A stretch of DNA of 64,000 bases from Fibrobacter succinogenes. Its GTDB lineage: Bacteria; Fibrobacterota; Fibrobacteria; Fibrobacterales; Fibrobacteraceae. Every line of letters starts with the position of its first letter. The stretch's first letter is position 1. The notes under the pieces are model-generated. The model searched no databases. It worked only from the letters and a program-made list of their open reading frames with translations, and was not told where the DNA came from. The stretch lies in the NCBI GenBank assembly GCA_902768325.1, contig CACXKY010000002.1:1087-65086 (forward strand), in the 5' to 3' direction. Below are positions 9,924 through 19,055 of this stretch, in pieces. Made by a program: the position numbers and the translations under genes.

Positions 9924-11332
9924 TTCTCCATTGCCTTCACCGCTTCTTCGCGGTCGTCAAAATGATGTTTCGTCTTGCCGACGATCTGGTAATCTTCGTG
10001 GCCCTTGCCCGCGATGACCAGCCAGTCGCCGTCCTGCAGTTCGGCGCAGGCTTTCGCGATGGCCTCGGCGCGGTCCGCCACGACTTCAAACTTTTTCGTC
10101 TTCATTCCCGCACGCACATCCTCGATGATTGCAAGCGGATCTTCGGTACGCGGGTTATCGGACGTCAGCCACGCCTTGTCCGCAAGCGTCTCGGCGATAT
10201 GGCCCATGATGGGACGCTTCGTCTTATCGCGGTCACCACCGCAGCCGAATACCGTACTGAGGGTACCGCGGCAGAGGCTGCGGGCCGTCATGAGCACGCG
10301 TTCCAGTGCGTCCGGCGTGTGGGCGTAATCCACAATCACGTGCTTGCCGCCCTTGTTCCAGACCTTCTCAAAGCGGCCCGGCACGCGCACACTTGCCAGG
10401 GCGGCGCGCATCGAAAGTTCCGGGATACCGATGGCCGATGCCCATGCCAGCACCAGCAGCACGTTATCCACGTTAAAATCCCCGCAAAGCGGCGTTTCGA
10501 ACTTCTGTTCAGCAATCATCGGAAGCGTAAATTCGAGGCCGTCCTCGGTATTCTTCACTTCCCCTTGCGGTTTCACGGAAGCCTTGGCCTTGCCCAGGCG
10601 CGAAACGGCCACCTTCTTGCAGGTAATCGAGTCGTACAGCTTTTCACCATAGGCGTCGTCGATATTGATGGCGGCGACACCATCGTCGGCGAGGTACTTC
10701 GTAAACAAAAGCTTTTTCGCCTCGAAGTAATTCTCCATCGTCTTATGGTAATCCAGATGGTCCTGCGTCAAGTTGCTGAACAAGCCACTCCTGAAGCGGA
10801 TGCCGGCAACGCGGCCCTGGTGCAGCGAATGGCTAGAAGCTTCCATCACCAAGTCGGTACAGCCTGCCGCAACCGCCTTGGCGGCAAATGCAAACAAATC
10901 CAAGAGGCCCGGCGTCGTAAGCGTCGCCTGCACGGAACTTTCACCAATCTTGTTCTTGATGGTGCCGAGCAGCGCCGTCTTATGGCCCGCCGATTCGAGC
11001 ATCGCGTTCATCAAGAACGCACTTGTCGTCTTGCCGTTCGTTCCGGTCACGGCATGGCAAGAAAGCTTAGCGAAGGGGTCCTTGTAAAACACCTGGGCGG
11101 CTTCGAGGCGGGCCGCTTTCACATCGGCCACCTGGATCCACTTGGAGGCAAGTCCTTCGGGCGCAGGGACCTCCCCCACAACCGCAACAGCACCGGCCGC
11201 AATGGCGTTCCGTGCAAACTGCACGTAATCATCGGCGGGAATGGAGAAGAACAGATCTCCCGGCTTCACCTTGCGGGAATCATCGCAAAGCCCCATCACG
11301 GACAGCTTATTCATCAATCCTTCCGAAATCAT
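9917..11332 (-). CDS. murE: UDP-MurNAc-dipeptide--meso-DAP ligase
   Basis: VTGTNGKTT, DHLDYH, DYAHTPD, DNPR (meso-DAP specificity motif) and GKGHE. Confidence 0.97.
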   Translation of the reverse strand: MISEGLMNKLSVMGLCDDSRKVKPGDLFFSIPADDYVQFARNAIAAGAVAVVGEVPAPEGLASKWIQVADVKAARLEAAQVFYKDPFAKLSCHAVTGTNGKTTSAFLMNAMLESAGHKTALLGTIKNKIGESSVQATLTTPGLLDLFAFAAKAVAAGCTDLVMEASSHSLHQGRVAGIRFRSGLFSNLTQDHLDYHKTMENYFEAKKLLFTKYLADDGVAAINIDDAYGEKLYDSITCKKVAVSRLGKAKASVKPQGEVKNTEDGLEFTLPMIAEQKFETPLCGDFNVDNVLLVLAWASAIGIPELSMRAALASVRVPGRFEKVWNKGGKHVIVDYAHTPDALERVLMTARSLCRGTLSTVFGCGGDRDKTKRPIMGHIAETLADKAWLTSDNPRTEDPLAIIEDVRAGMKTKKFEVVADRAEAIAKACAELQDGDWLVIAGKGHEDYQIVGKTKHHFDDREEAVKAMEKC

Positions 11333-13224
11333 CAACCTCTCTCCTTCAAAGTCAATTTGCAGATGGTCCCCTTCTGGATAGCCTCATTGGCTTTCGGGGT
11401 CTGCGAGGCCACACGGCCCTTGCCTTCGTATTCAACACTCATGCGGATATTGCCCATCACTTCCAGGGCGTCCTTCAGCGAAAGGCCCTTCAAGTTCGGC
11501 ATCTTGGTCGCGACCGTCTCGCCAACCGTCAGCAAGAAATCTGCCGAATCCAGCATATCGCTGCGCTGCGAAATCACGCGGTCCCCTTCTCCTTCAAACA
11601 CGACCGAGCATCCCTTGGCGTGGGCCAGCTTTTCTGCCGCTTCCACCGTCATGCCCATAAAGTTCTCGTCGCAGGTCGAAACCTTCTTGGCCTGCGCCAG
11701 GTTGTAACTCAACGGCGAAAGCGCCGGGTGGTAATAAATCCCTTCCATGATGCGGCGGAAAATCGGACCCGCCGTGAGGCCACCCACGTGCTTCCCCTGC
11801 GGGTCATCGACAAGCACCAAGCACACGTAACGCGTATCTTCGACCGGGGCAAGGCCGATGAACGATGCCACCTGATGATCGCGGTCGTACTTTCCGGTTT
11901 CCTGGTTGTACTTTTCTGCCGTACCCGTCTTTCCGCCAAAGAATACATCCGTCAACCGCTTGGACGCCACACGCTTTGCCGTACCGCTGTTCACCACGCG
12001 GTTGAGCATGGCGCGAATCTTCGCCGCGGTCTGTTCGCTTACGACGCGACGCACTTCCACCGGTTCTTTCTTCTCGACGAGCATGCCGTTCGCATCGCGC
12101 CATTCCTTTACAATCAGCGGTTCCATCAGCTTGCCGCCGTTCGCTATTGCCGCATAGGCCATCACCATCTGGATCGGCGTCACCATCACGGCGTGGCCAA
12201 AGCCCATCGTCTTGAGGTCACTGCCGCTGTTGCCAGCCAGCGAATGTGGGTCCTTGAGGGCGCCGGATTCTTCACCGTAGAACGAATCCGACGTCTTCAT
12301 GCCGAACCCGAAATGGCTTGCCGTCTGGTAGAACTTCTGGGCGCCCACTTCCGTCGCAATTTTCGCGAACACGATATTCGAGGACTGCACCATCGCTTCG
12401 CTCATGTTCATGTCACCGTATTCGTGCGTATCGCAAATCGGGCTCGTACGCGGATTCCATTTCCAGCACTTCCCTTCGTTCGGGAAAACGCGGTTCGTAT
12501 CCACGGCATCGCTTTCAAGGGCCGCCGCCGCGGTAATCACCTTGAACGTAGAACCCGGTTCGTAGGCCATCGCCACGATTTCGTTCTTGGACATGCGCCC
12601 GATTCCCTGCGTCTTGGAATTCGGATCGAACGTCGGGTAACTCGCCATCGCAAGAATCTCGCCGGTATACGGGTCCACCACCACGGCGCTCGCGCTCTTG
12701 GCGCTAAATTCTGCTACACCGTCCTTCAAGGCCTTCTCGACAATTTCCTGCATGTTCTTGTCAATCGTCAACACAAGATTCTTGCCGGGTTCGGCTTCGG
12801 CAACGTCTTCGCTACGGCTGTAGATTTCACGCTTGCGCACATCCTGCACACTCACGCGGAATCCCTCGACACCCGTCAGGCGAGAATCGAAAACGCGTTC
12901 AATGCCCATGTTGCCATGGCCGTTAAAATCGAGCTTGCCCACAATCTGGCTTGCCAGCTTTCCCTGCAAGAAAATGCGGCTATAATCCAAGACCTTGTTC
13001 GCCGTATCGCGCAGGTTATCGGCCAGAATGACACCATTGCGGTCCATGATCTGCCCACGTTCCGCATAGATATTCTTGGAACGGACCACCATGTCCTTCG
13101 TCTTGGACTGGTATGTCTTCTGGTTCAGCACCTGGATGCTAAACGTCTGGAGCATCAGCACGCAGACGATACTCATCACGATCCACTTGATAAATGCGAG
13201 GGGTTCAAGCCTGAACTTATTCAT
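11332..13224 (-). CDS. ftsI: Class B penicillin-binding protein FtsI with PASTA domains
   Basis: RGQIMDRNG, EPGSTFK (SxxK), SSN, KTGT, and C-terminal MPNLKGLSLKDA PASTA-like repeats. Confidence 0.95.
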   Translation of the reverse strand: MNKFRLEPLAFIKWIVMSIVCVLMLQTFSIQVLNQKTYQSKTKDMVVRSKNIYAERGQIMDRNGVILADNLRDTANKVLDYSRIFLQGKLASQIVGKLDFNGHGNMGIERVFDSRLTGVEGFRVSVQDVRKREIYSRSEDVAEAEPGKNLVLTIDKNMQEIVEKALKDGVAEFSAKSASAVVVDPYTGEILAMASYPTFDPNSKTQGIGRMSKNEIVAMAYEPGSTFKVITAAAALESDAVDTNRVFPNEGKCWKWNPRTSPICDTHEYGDMNMSEAMVQSSNIVFAKIATEVGAQKFYQTASHFGFGMKTSDSFYGEESGALKDPHSLAGNSGSDLKTMGFGHAVMVTPIQMVMAYAAIANGGKLMEPLIVKEWRDANGMLVEKKEPVEVRRVVSEQTAAKIRAMLNRVVNSGTAKRVASKRLTDVFFGGKTGTAEKYNQETGKYDRDHQVASFIGLAPVEDTRYVCLVLVDDPQGKHVGGLTAGPIFRRIMEGIYYHPALSPLSYNLAQAKKVSTCDENFMGMTVEAAEKLAHAKGCSVVFEGEGDRVISQRSDMLDSADFLLTVGETVATKMPNLKGLSLKDALEVMGNIRMSVEYEGKGRVASQTPKANEAIQKGTICKLTLKERG

Positions 13225-13531
13225 TCTTGCCTCCCTGCACCATAATCTTCACGGGAACCGCGTTCAGGTCGAGTCCGGCCTGTTCGGCAAAACTGCTCAA
13301 GTTTTCCAGCGAAGAAAGCTGGTTGATCTTGAGTTCCAAAAGCAGGGCGTCACGCTGCAAGAACGTCACCTCTTGCGAAAGCTTGTGCTGCATTTCGTAA
13401 AGGCGGTTCAAGCGGTTCTGCAGGTACAGCGGCAGCATGAAGAACATGACCATGATCAAAAGCACGGCCAGGACGATTGTCATAATCGACCTATTGCTTG
13501 TCGGCACGCGCAATTTTTCAGTTCCACTCAT
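13217..13531 (-). CDS. ftsL: Cell division protein FtsL-like
   Basis: 104 aa with a single TM helix and a leucine-zipper-like coil; lies between rsmH and ftsI. Confidence 0.8.
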   Translation of the reverse strand: MSGTEKLRVPTSNRSIMTIVLAVLLIMVMFFMLPLYLQNRLNRLYEMQHKLSQEVTFLQRDALLLELKINQLSSLENLSSFAEQAGLDLNAVPVKIMVQGGKNE

Positions 13532-14481
13532 ACTCGTTCGTACACCCTGAGCTTAGCAGAGCGAGCCCTGCTGTTGTTTGCAATTTCTTCGTCAGACGGC
13601 AATATCGGCTTGCGGTTCACCTTCTTTAAACGCTGGTGGTTGCCGCCGCACATGCACACGGGCATATGTTCGGGGCAAATGCAGGCCTTTTCAAATTCCG
13701 CAGCCGTTTCCTTGACGCAGCGGTCTTCGACCGAGTGGTAGCTCATCACCACCAGGCGGCCACCCACCTTGAGGCAATCCACCGCCGCGCGGAGGCTATC
13801 TTCAATTTCTTTCAGTTCGCCGTTCACTTCCATGCGGATGGCTTGGAATACACGGGCCAGGAGGCCGTTCACTTCGCGTTTCTTGTCGGGAAACACCGAT
13901 TCCACCACCGCCTTCATATCCGAAGGCAAGATATCGCGGCCTTCGCCAGAAACAGCTGCCGCCATTTCGACAAGGCGCGTCGAAAGTTTGAAAGCGCGGT
14001 CCATATCCGCATTCTTACGGAGTGCCGCCGCCAAATCATCGGCGCTGACCGTGCGCAGCCATTCCTGTGCCGAGACGCCTTCGCGACGGTCCATGCGCAA
14101 GTCGAGCGGGTTGTTACCGACAAAGGTAAACCCGCGTTCCGAAGCATCCACCTGATGGCTGCTGATGCCCAAGTCGTAAAGGATACCGTCCAAGGTATCG
14201 GGCGCAATTTCGTTCTTCAATTCACCGAAGCGTACCGGGTGCACAATAAACTTGGGCTTCACGCCGGCAAGGCGCTTGGTCGCAAATGCCACCGCATCTT
14301 GGTCGCGGTCAAAAGCGTGCAGGGTTCCTTCAGAATTTAGTTTGTTCGCAATTGCGTAAGAATGTCCGCCACCGCCCAGGGTGCAATCGGCGTAGGTTCC
14401 GTTCGCCTTGAGGTTCAAGCCCTCGAGGCATTCTTTAAGCATTACAGGATTATGATAGAACGGAAGGTTACTTTCGACCAT
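13528..14481 (-). CDS. rsmH: 16S rRNA m4C1402 methyltransferase
   Basis: HNPVML, DCTLGGGGHS, DLGISSHQ, SYHSVEDR and RARSAKLR motifs. Confidence 0.97.
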   Translation of the reverse strand: MVESNLPFYHNPVMLKECLEGLNLKANGTYADCTLGGGGHSYAIANKLNSEGTLHAFDRDQDAVAFATKRLAGVKPKFIVHPVRFGELKNEIAPDTLDGILYDLGISSHQVDASERGFTFVGNNPLDLRMDRREGVSAQEWLRTVSADDLAAALRKNADMDRAFKLSTRLVEMAAAVSGEGRDILPSDMKAVVESVFPDKKREVNGLLARVFQAIRMEVNGELKEIEDSLRAAVDCLKVGGRLVVMSYHSVEDRCVKETAAEFEKACICPEHMPVCMCGGNHQRLKKVNRKPILPSDEEIANNSRARSAKLRVYERV

Positions 14482-14944
14482 CGTCGCCCTCCGTCAAACC
14501 TTCTCCATAGAACGCAGCGTCGAATGCAGCAATGGCATCGTCTGTTTCAAGGCCATACTTGGCGTTGAAGCGTTCCGGATTCCATAGTTCAAGAGTCTTT
14601 CCGCTAGCTTGTACGTAAAGGACTTCACCCTTTAGACCAGCATACTCCAGCAATTTCTTGGGAAGTAAAATGCGGTTCTGGCCATCCAGCTCCACTACCG
14701 TGGGGCATAGGCCTCTCCGAACTAGGTCGGCTTGACGGCGGTCGGACCGACTGTCCAAGTCCGCCATGAACTTTTCGTATTCCGTCAAGGTAAACAACCG
14801 CAGGGTTTGAGCGGGACCACGAGTGATCACGAACTCTTCCCCTTCGGTTGGCCCCAGCTGACGACGGAACTCCCTGGGGAAGGAAGACCTCCCCTTTCCA
14901 TCGATAGCCGTTTGGGCTTGACCTATGAAAGACGTAAAGTTCAT
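14468..14944 (-). CDS. mraZ: Transcriptional regulator MraZ
   Basis: Two DxxGR/NR motifs (IDGKGR, LDGQNR) and LELW; first gene of the dcw cluster; start re-set to ATG 14944. Confidence 0.93.
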   Translation of the reverse strand: MNFTSFIGQAQTAIDGKGRSSFPREFRRQLGPTEGEEFVITRGPAQTLRLFTLTEYEKFMADLDSRSDRRQADLVRRGLCPTVVELDGQNRILLPKKLLEYAGLKGEVLYVQASGKTLELWNPERFNAKYGLETDDAIAAFDAAFYGEGLTEGDDGRK

Positions 14945-14952
14945 ACTAGTTT

Positions 14953-14998
14953 GACACATTTTACCACAACACAGTACAAATCTACCATTTTCTACCAC
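14953..14998 (-). promoter_or_regulatory. Putative MraZ operator (GTGG-like direct repeats, ~10-bp period)
   Basis: Minus strand reads GTGGtagaaaATGGtagatttGTACtgtgttGTGGtaaaatGTGT directly upstream of mraZ. MraZ is known to bind such phased GTGG boxes. Confidence 0.7.
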
Positions 14999-15133
14999 TT
15001 CGGCAAGATACCCCCTGATTTTTTTACCCGAAAGCATACAAAAAACATACCTGGCCCCCAGGTCCGGCGGCGATATAGTGAACAAAAGTGCACGAAACTA
15101 GTCTGTTTTACACAAATTGCTAAATTGATGTTT

Positions 15134-17884
15134 ATGCGCTATCTCTTTCTTGTCCTCATCTCCCTCAGCCTGTTCGCCTGCTCCAATTCCGAAGGCCCCG
15201 GTTCCTCCGGGAACGAATCGTCCGACCTCCCGCTCGCCAGCCTGGACGGCATGGTGAAAATCGCGGCAAACGGTGGCGAAGTCTTTTTAGGGACCAACGC
15301 CGAAGAGGCGAAACCCATCGAACGCCCGCAGATGTACGGAACCTTCAGCTACGATTTCTATATCGCGAGAGCCGAAGCGACTTGCGGGGAATTCAACGAG
15401 CTCATGCGCGGCGAAACCGGGATTACGCTCGATTGCACAAACGACAGCATTCCCGCGACGGATGTTTCTTACTACGATGCCGTTCTTTTCGCAAACGCGA
15501 AGAGCAAGGCCGCAAACCTCGATACCGCCTATACCTATACCAAGATTGTACTTGACGCCGAGAAGCATTGCACGAATTTGGAAGGATTCGAGTTCCATCC
15601 CGAAACGAATGCGTTCCGCCTTCCGACCGAAGCGGAATGGATATTCACCGCCAACATGTACTCGAACAGGGCCTACAGCTGGAACGCCGACAATTCGGGC
15701 TTTGCGCTGCATCCGGTTTGCACCATCGCCCCCAGCAAGGAGGGCATCTGCGACATCGTCGGGAACGCGGCGGAACTCGTCAACGACTGGATGGGAGCCC
15801 TGCGCGACACCTCCGTCCACAACTATATCGGCGCCTCCGAAGGATCCTCCATCGGGCAGCGCATCATCAAGGGTGGCAGCTACCGTGACGCAGCCGGCGC
15901 CCTCAACCACTACAGCCGCGGAGACGTCTACACCGTAACTTCGGGCACACGCACGGCCTACATCGGTTTCCGCATCGCTTTTGGCGCCATCCCGAACGCA
16001 ACCACCACGAGCGACGATGGCGACGCGCAATCCGGAGTCATCTCGCCTGTAGCAAATTTCGCGACCGTCCGCTCATCCGCAGGGACCTACATGGTCAAGC
16101 TAGCCTTCCGCAACGACATCACCGGGAACCTCGCCTTCATCGACTATGCGAGCGGCGACCTCTATGTTTCAGAAATCGCGGACACGTTAGACGTGTACCA
16201 TCCCGACATCTCCCCGGACGGCAGCCGAGTCGCATTCTGCACAGGTCTCGAAGGGGTCCCGGGAAAATCGGAAATATATGTCCGTAGGCTAGACAACGAG
16301 GGCACAGAACTCGTGAAGCTCGATTTCGAAAGCGCGGCCATTCCCAGGTGGCGGGTACTTGAAAACGGTGACACGGTCATCGTATTTGTAAGCGACGCCG
16401 GCAACAACCGCGAAAACGCCACGTTCATGAAAAAATCCACCTGGCAAGTTCCCTTTGCAAACGGGAACTTCGGGACGCCGCAGAAACTCTTCGACGGAGC
16501 CTACCACGGGGGCATCAGCGACGACAACTCCCTCGCCGTCACGGGTTCGAGCCTGTTACGCGCACGCATTGCGGGAAGCGGTTCGGAAAAATCCGAAGCC
16601 ACGGACACCGTCTGGTACGCAGGCGAACAGGCCTGCAACGTATCGCTCTCAAACGACGGTAGCAAGCGCACGATGTTCCTCGATTTCGGGGGGAAGACCG
16701 GCAGGGAATTCGCCGGCAGCAACTACGGTACACACGAACGCCTGCTTATCGCGGACAAGAACGGCAAGCTAGTCCAGTCTGTCGCAGCTCCCGCAGGCTA
16801 CAGCTTTGACCACAGCGAATGGTCCCACGGCCTCAAGGATATCGCCGTCGCCACGCTCGCAAATAAGAACGGGGCCCACTCCAAGATTGCGCTCGTAGAC
16901 ATTTCAAACTCGACCTTGATCGAACTCGCGAAGGGAGAGGAACTGTGGCACCCGTGCCTCTGGGCATACCCTCTCACCAAAATTTCCACCTACGGGAAAC
17001 TCGACCCGGATAGCGCCGCATCGTACTTCTACGGGCGCGACGCGACTTTGCTCACGTTCAAGATGAACGCGCTCTGGACCATTTCCGATTCCGTCGAGAT
17101 TGTCGCACTCGGTTCTTCCCGTATGAGCTCGGGATTCGAGGCAAAGGCGATGCAGTCCGGGTACGCCTTCAACATGGCGACCGTCCCCTGCGACATGGAT
17201 GTCATCGGCTTCGTTGCCGAAAACTACGTCCTGCCACACTGCAGCAAACTGAAATTCCTCCTCGTAAGCGTTGATTTTGACCTGTGGTCCGAAAAATCAG
17301 GTTACAACCTGAACAAGAACATCGGCGGCAATCCTGGCTTTGCCTATGACAAGAGCCACTCCTACTGGAAAGATTCCCTCCCGCCGCATTTTATAGAACT
17401 GAATTCCGACTACCTGCAGGGCATCTACTTCCTGGAAAGCTTCAAGAATGAATTCCACGGATGGGTGGACCTGCAACCGGGCGGATGGTCTGCGGGCGGC
17501 AACAACGAGAATGCGGTCGCAGGCGATTCTACGTGGAGCGACAAACGCACCTATGCCGCAAGCATGGACCGCTTGAAGAACCTGATTGAATACGCCCGCG
17601 AAAAGGACGTCGTTCTCGTCGGAGTCATTTTCCCGCAATCACCGTACTACAAGAAGACAGGCTCCTTCGGGCGTTACGGCATGCGCCGCAGCACCGCGGA
17701 TTCCCTGACCAAAGTCCTGAAAGGCTGGATGAAGACGTACCCGAACTTCATGCTCGTCGACGAGAACAAGATGGGCAACCACGACTACACCGACGATATG
17801 GCCTTCGATTACGACCACCTAAGCGTTACAGGCGCACGAAAGATTACCATAACGCTTGACTCCCTTATCGGTTTGCGCAAATGA
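15134..17884 (+). CDS. Fibrobacter TIGR02171-type lipoprotein (FGE-sulfatase-like N-domain, TolB-like middle, SGNH-like C-domain)
   Basis: Lipobox LFAC; FRLPTEAEW, DIVGNAAE and IGFR (FGE-like); HPDISPDG; LGSSR and DYDHL (SGNH-like). The true start is well inside the 14732 ORF. Confidence 0.82.
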   Translation: MRYLFLVLISLSLFACSNSEGPGSSGNESSDLPLASLDGMVKIAANGGEVFLGTNAEEAKPIERPQMYGTFSYDFYIARAEATCGEFNELMRGETGITLDCTNDSIPATDVSYYDAVLFANAKSKAANLDTAYTYTKIVLDAEKHCTNLEGFEFHPETNAFRLPTEAEWIFTANMYSNRAYSWNADNSGFALHPVCTIAPSKEGICDIVGNAAELVNDWMGALRDTSVHNYIGASEGSSIGQRIIKGGSYRDAAGALNHYSRGDVYTVTSGTRTAYIGFRIAFGAIPNATTTSDDGDAQSGVISPVANFATVRSSAGTYMVKLAFRNDITGNLAFIDYASGDLYVSEIADTLDVYHPDISPDGSRVAFCTGLEGVPGKSEIYVRRLDNEGTELVKLDFESAAIPRWRVLENGDTVIVFVSDAGNNRENATFMKKSTWQVPFANGNFGTPQKLFDGAYHGGISDDNSLAVTGSSLLRARIAGSGSEKSEATDTVWYAGEQACNVSLSNDGSKRTMFLDFGGKTGREFAGSNYGTHERLLIADKNGKLVQSVAAPAGYSFDHSEWSHGLKDIAVATLANKNGAHSKIALVDISNSTLIELAKGEELWHPCLWAYPLTKISTYGKLDPDSAASYFYGRDATLLTFKMNALWTISDSVEIVALGSSRMSSGFEAKAMQSGYAFNMATVPCDMDVIGFVAENYVLPHCSKLKFLLVSVDFDLWSEKSGYNLNKNIGGNPGFAYDKSHSYWKDSLPPHFIELNSDYLQGIYFLESFKNEFHGWVDLQPGGWSAGGNNENAVAGDSTWSDKRTYAASMDRLKNLIEYAREKDVVLVGVIFPQSPYYKKTGSFGRYGMRRSTADSLTKVLKGWMKTYPNFMLVDENKMGNHDYTDDMAFDYDHLSVTGARKITITLDSLIGLRK

Positions 17885-18285
17885 GGATTTCCCTCCAGTT
17901 TGCCATCATCGTCGCCATCTGCATCGCAGGGGAAATCCTCCACCGCATCGTGGGCATTCCGCTCCCGGGGAACATCATCGGCATGGTGCTGCTCCTGTTG
18001 CTCCTCTGTTCCAAAATCCTGAAACCCGAGCAGATTTCCGCCGTCTCGAACTTTTTCCTGTCGCACCTGGCGTTCTTTTTCCTCCCGCCGAGTGTCGCCA
18101 TCATGACCGTCGGCGACGACGTTCTTTCCAAGTGGCCGCTACTGCTGTTCCTATGCATCGCCTTCACGCTAGTGACTCTTGCCGTGGGCGGGTTCTGCAC
18201 GCAGTTCCTTATCCGCAGGCAGGAATACCGCGAAGCCATGGCCAGGCGTTCTGCAAAAACTTCAAAACAGGGGGCCGAAAGATGA
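17881..18285 (+). CDS. lrgA: CidA/LrgA family holin-like protein
   Basis: PLPGNIIGM and LAFFFLPPSV motifs; about 4 TM helices. Confidence 0.9.
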   Translation: MRISLQFAIIVAICIAGEILHRIVGIPLPGNIIGMVLLLLLLCSKILKPEQISAVSNFFLSHLAFFFLPPSVAIMTVGDDVLSKWPLLLFLCIAFTLVTLAVGGFCTQFLIRRQEYREAMARRSAKTSKQGAER

Positions 18286-18974
18286 ACGCCATCGTCAACT
18301 CACCCCTGTTCGGCATACTGCTTTCCCTGATGGCCTTCGAGGCGGGCGTCCTTATCAGCAGAAAATGGAAGCACACGCTCCTGAACCCGCTACTGATCGC
18401 CAACATCCTTATCGTCGGATTCCTGCTACTGACCGGCATCAGCTTCGAAAGCTACAACGTCGGCGGCAGCTACATCTCGGTAATGCTTTCCCCGGCAACG
18501 GTCGTGCTCGCCGTCCCGCTCTACCGGCAACTAAGCAAGCTCACGCGGTACTGGAAGCCCATCCTCGCCGGTATCTTCGCCGGGAGCCTCACATCCATGG
18601 CCTGCGTCATCGCCGTAAGCAAGCTCATCGGCCTGGGCGACACGCTCATGCTTTCGCTCTTGCCCAAGTCCATCACCATCCCGATGGGCTCCGTCGTCTC
18701 CGAACAGATCGGCGGCATTCCCTCCATCACCATCATCGCCATCACGATTACAGGAATCACGGGCGCCGTCGCGGCCCCTGCCGTCTGCAGGTTCTGCCGC
18801 ATCAAGCACAAGGTGGCGCAGGGCGTCGCCATCGGTACGGCAAGCCACGCGCTCGGTACCTCCAAGGCCATGGAAATGGGAGAAGTCCAGGGCGCCATGA
18901 GCAGCCTTTCCATCGGAGTCGCGGGACTATTCACCGCCATCACGGCGCCCCTGATCCTAGCCGCACTTTCCTAA
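18282..18974 (+). CDS. lrgB: LrgB/CidB family protein
   Basis: PATVVLAVPLY, PKSIT and GTASHALGT motifs; ATGA overlap with lrgA. Confidence 0.92.
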   Translation: MNAIVNSPLFGILLSLMAFEAGVLISRKWKHTLLNPLLIANILIVGFLLLTGISFESYNVGGSYISVMLSPATVVLAVPLYRQLSKLTRYWKPILAGIFAGSLTSMACVIAVSKLIGLGDTLMLSLLPKSITIPMGSVVSEQIGGIPSITIIAITITGITGAVAAPAVCRFCRIKHKVAQGVAIGTASHALGTSKAMEMGEVQGAMSSLSIGVAGLFTAITAPLILAALS

Positions 18975-19007
18975 CCAAGAAATTCCTAAGCAAAAATTTT
19001 TCCAAAC

Positions 19008-19037
19008 AAAAAAAGGCGGCCCCGAGGGACCGCCTTT
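19008..19037 (-). terminator. Intrinsic terminator between convergent genes
   Basis: AAAGGCGGcCCCgaGGGaCCGCCTTT hairpin with an A-run on its left side. Confidence 0.7.
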
Positions 19038-19055
19038 CAACATCAACAAACTATC

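Noticed and set aside
1140-13245. Long plus-strand ORFs (533, 667, 618 and 677 aa) opposite the dcw genes
   Set aside because: Antisense shadows of GC3-biased real genes, with no motifs. The same applies to 20590-22608, 24216-26255, 53604-55283 and 57896-60244.
14732-15133. N-terminal extensions of track ORFs (14732, 15085, 24084, 24163, 53307, 56173, 61869)
   Set aside because: They overlap neighbouring genes or promoters; signal peptides and family motifs place the true starts downstream.
15134-16010. DGR target (FGE/CLec-like domain)
   Set aside because: No reverse transcriptase and no template/variable repeat pair seen in the window.
17881-18285. Prophage holin
   Set aside because: Typical chromosomal lrgA-lrgB pair with no endolysin or phage genes.
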